Assembly: GCA_001642005.1 (NCBI GenBank)
Contig: LWCA01000023.1
Span: 1-64,000 of the forward strand
Direction: 5' to 3'
DNA length: 64,000 bases
Source of the DNA: Intoshia linei
Lineage: Eukaryota; Animalia; Orthonectida
Shown here: positions 62,462 through 64,000 of the stretch, piece by piece
Position numbering within the stretch: the first letter of the stretch is position 1
How the letters are laid out: the number at the start of each line of letters is the position of its first letter
Position numbers and translations under genes: made by a program
The notes under the pieces: model-generated
What the model was told of the DNA's origin: nothing
What the model saw: only the letters and a program-made list of their open reading frames with translations
The model's database searches: none

Positions 62462-63790
62462 TAGAATGTCCCAATTTAACATTTTTGTTTGAAATTCAAA
62501 AAGTATTTTTGACTGTATGTNATTTTAATAAAATATAAATTTATATAAATATTAAAATTCATAAGACACATTTTTTCGATTTTGATAAACCAAAATTTAA
62601 GTTGAAGTTTAAAAAGTTTATGGAGCATACAAAAATAATTTATTTTTAATTGAATTGAATATCGTTATAATGTCAAAAATCTCCAGTATATACTCCAGAA
62701 TCTCAGCCTCAAAAGAAAATTATTAATAAAGAAATAGCTTCAGCCTTGGACAGATCATTCACAACTGATAGATCTGCAATGCATACAATTGCATCTACCT
62801 CTATGTGTTTGGGATACAATTAAACTGATGTTTCACTTTCAGTCAGTACTATACGAAGAGAACGACTGAAATTTCGTGAGCTTATTGCTGACGATATCAA
62901 GCAAAGTTTTAAAACAGATAGAATGTTCGTAGTTCATTGGGACGGTAAATTGATTAAAGATTTGTATAATCCAACAGAAAAAATTGAAAGGCTAGCAATT
63001 TTAATATCCGGTTTCAATGTAGATAAGATCTTAGCCATACCTAAACTTACCAGAGGTACGGGTGACATCATTTCAACTAGCGTTGTTAAACAATTGAAAT
63101 CTTGGGACGTCTATAAGAACATAATAGCAATGGGTTTCGACACTACAAGTTGTAATACAAGCAAATATAGTGCTTGTAGTCTAATAGAGAATAAATTAAA
63201 TAGACGCCTATGATACCACATAATAGAAATTATGGTAGATTATGTGGTAAAAATTTGTTTTTCACCAACCGTATGTCCGAATAATTATTTATTTAAACGT
63301 TTTCAGTCTTCCTGGCCGTTTATAGACCAATCTGACTTTGATATATGTCTCGAATGTTAAATACAATGAATGAAACTATTTTGAAGGAAAGCTCAGTTAT
63401 TTATTTGCAGTCTATTTCACATAATGTGGATATTCGTGATGATTACAGGGAATTATTAGAGCTATCTTTAATGTTTCATGGAGTTATAAAGAAACAATTC
63501 AAACGTCCAGGTGGTTTTCACCACGCGAGATGGATGAATAAAGCCATATATTGCATTAAAATAAGATGTTTAGAAAAAAATTTCATATGGATAACGAAAT
63601 TTTAACAGGAATTAGAGAACTGTGTATATTTTTTTCTACAATTTATGTTATACAATGGTTCAATTGCATATACGCAGCTGAAGCTGCATTAAGTGATTTG
63701 CAGCTATATAAGAATTTACAATTGTTTCAAGGTATTTATAATGGTATGGCGTTTCAGGCAGAAAAAGCATTAAGGAGACATTTATCATAG
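62462..63790 (+). mobile_element. hATm-like transposon, decayed and truncated
   Basis: ALDRSFTTDR, VVHWDGKL, ERLAILISG, GTG, MGFDTT, YHIIE, RDDYRELLEL, PGGFHHARWMNKAIY, RRHL; N at 62521. Confidence 0.8.
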
Positions 63791-63849
63791 CATCCTAGTA
63801 TATCATTATAACCACATGACAGTTTTTTAAATATGATTATGATATTATC

Positions 63850-63965
63850 AATCTTCAATTAATTGAAAAATAATTTTTGAACAAACAATTAATAGATTAT
63901 TTTTCAATAATTTTTACCAATTAATTGCAATTAAATTGGTTGCAATCAATTAATTCCAATCCCTG
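63850..63965. mobile_element. End of a CAGGGATTGGAA-family MITE
   Basis: CAATTAATTCCAATCCCTG terminus as at 30100. Confidence 0.7.
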
Positions 63966-64000
63966 GTCATAAGTATGCGTATTATTTCAATATTCTTTAA

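Overview
This is very AT-rich, intron-rich eukaryotic (animal) genomic DNA, not prokaryotic. Introns are bimodal: many are about 36-50 nt, and the rest are kb-sized and filled with transposons. The style resembles a compacted invertebrate genome such as an orthonectid, but that is inference only. Manual splicing recovers, in order: two tandem NRF-6-like acyltransferase genes, OS-9 (10.5 kb, minus strand), DDX54, a CED-6/GULP-like PTB gene, a DZANK1-like gene, tRNA-Arg(TCG), MRPL13, NAA10, TSR2, an FBXO7-like gene, HSP90B1, ZC3H14, the 5' part of transaldolase and part of a sushi/HYR gene. Introns hold many hAT MITEs with 8-bp TSDs, a non-autonomous Helitron family, a Tc1 element and hATm-like elements. 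Four single-N joins fall within the hATm-like repeats. The most unusual region is the 6.3-kb OS-9 intron. It holds an antisense, intronless, stand-alone CBP/p300-type TAZ1 zinc-finger gene split by one missing T, two decayed orphan ORFs and a mariner>hAT>Gypsy stack. Also notable are head-to-head start codons only 36 and 54 bp apart that share a motif, and tandem or convergent genes 18-76 bp apart. All gene identities come from remembered motif similarity; no database search was run.
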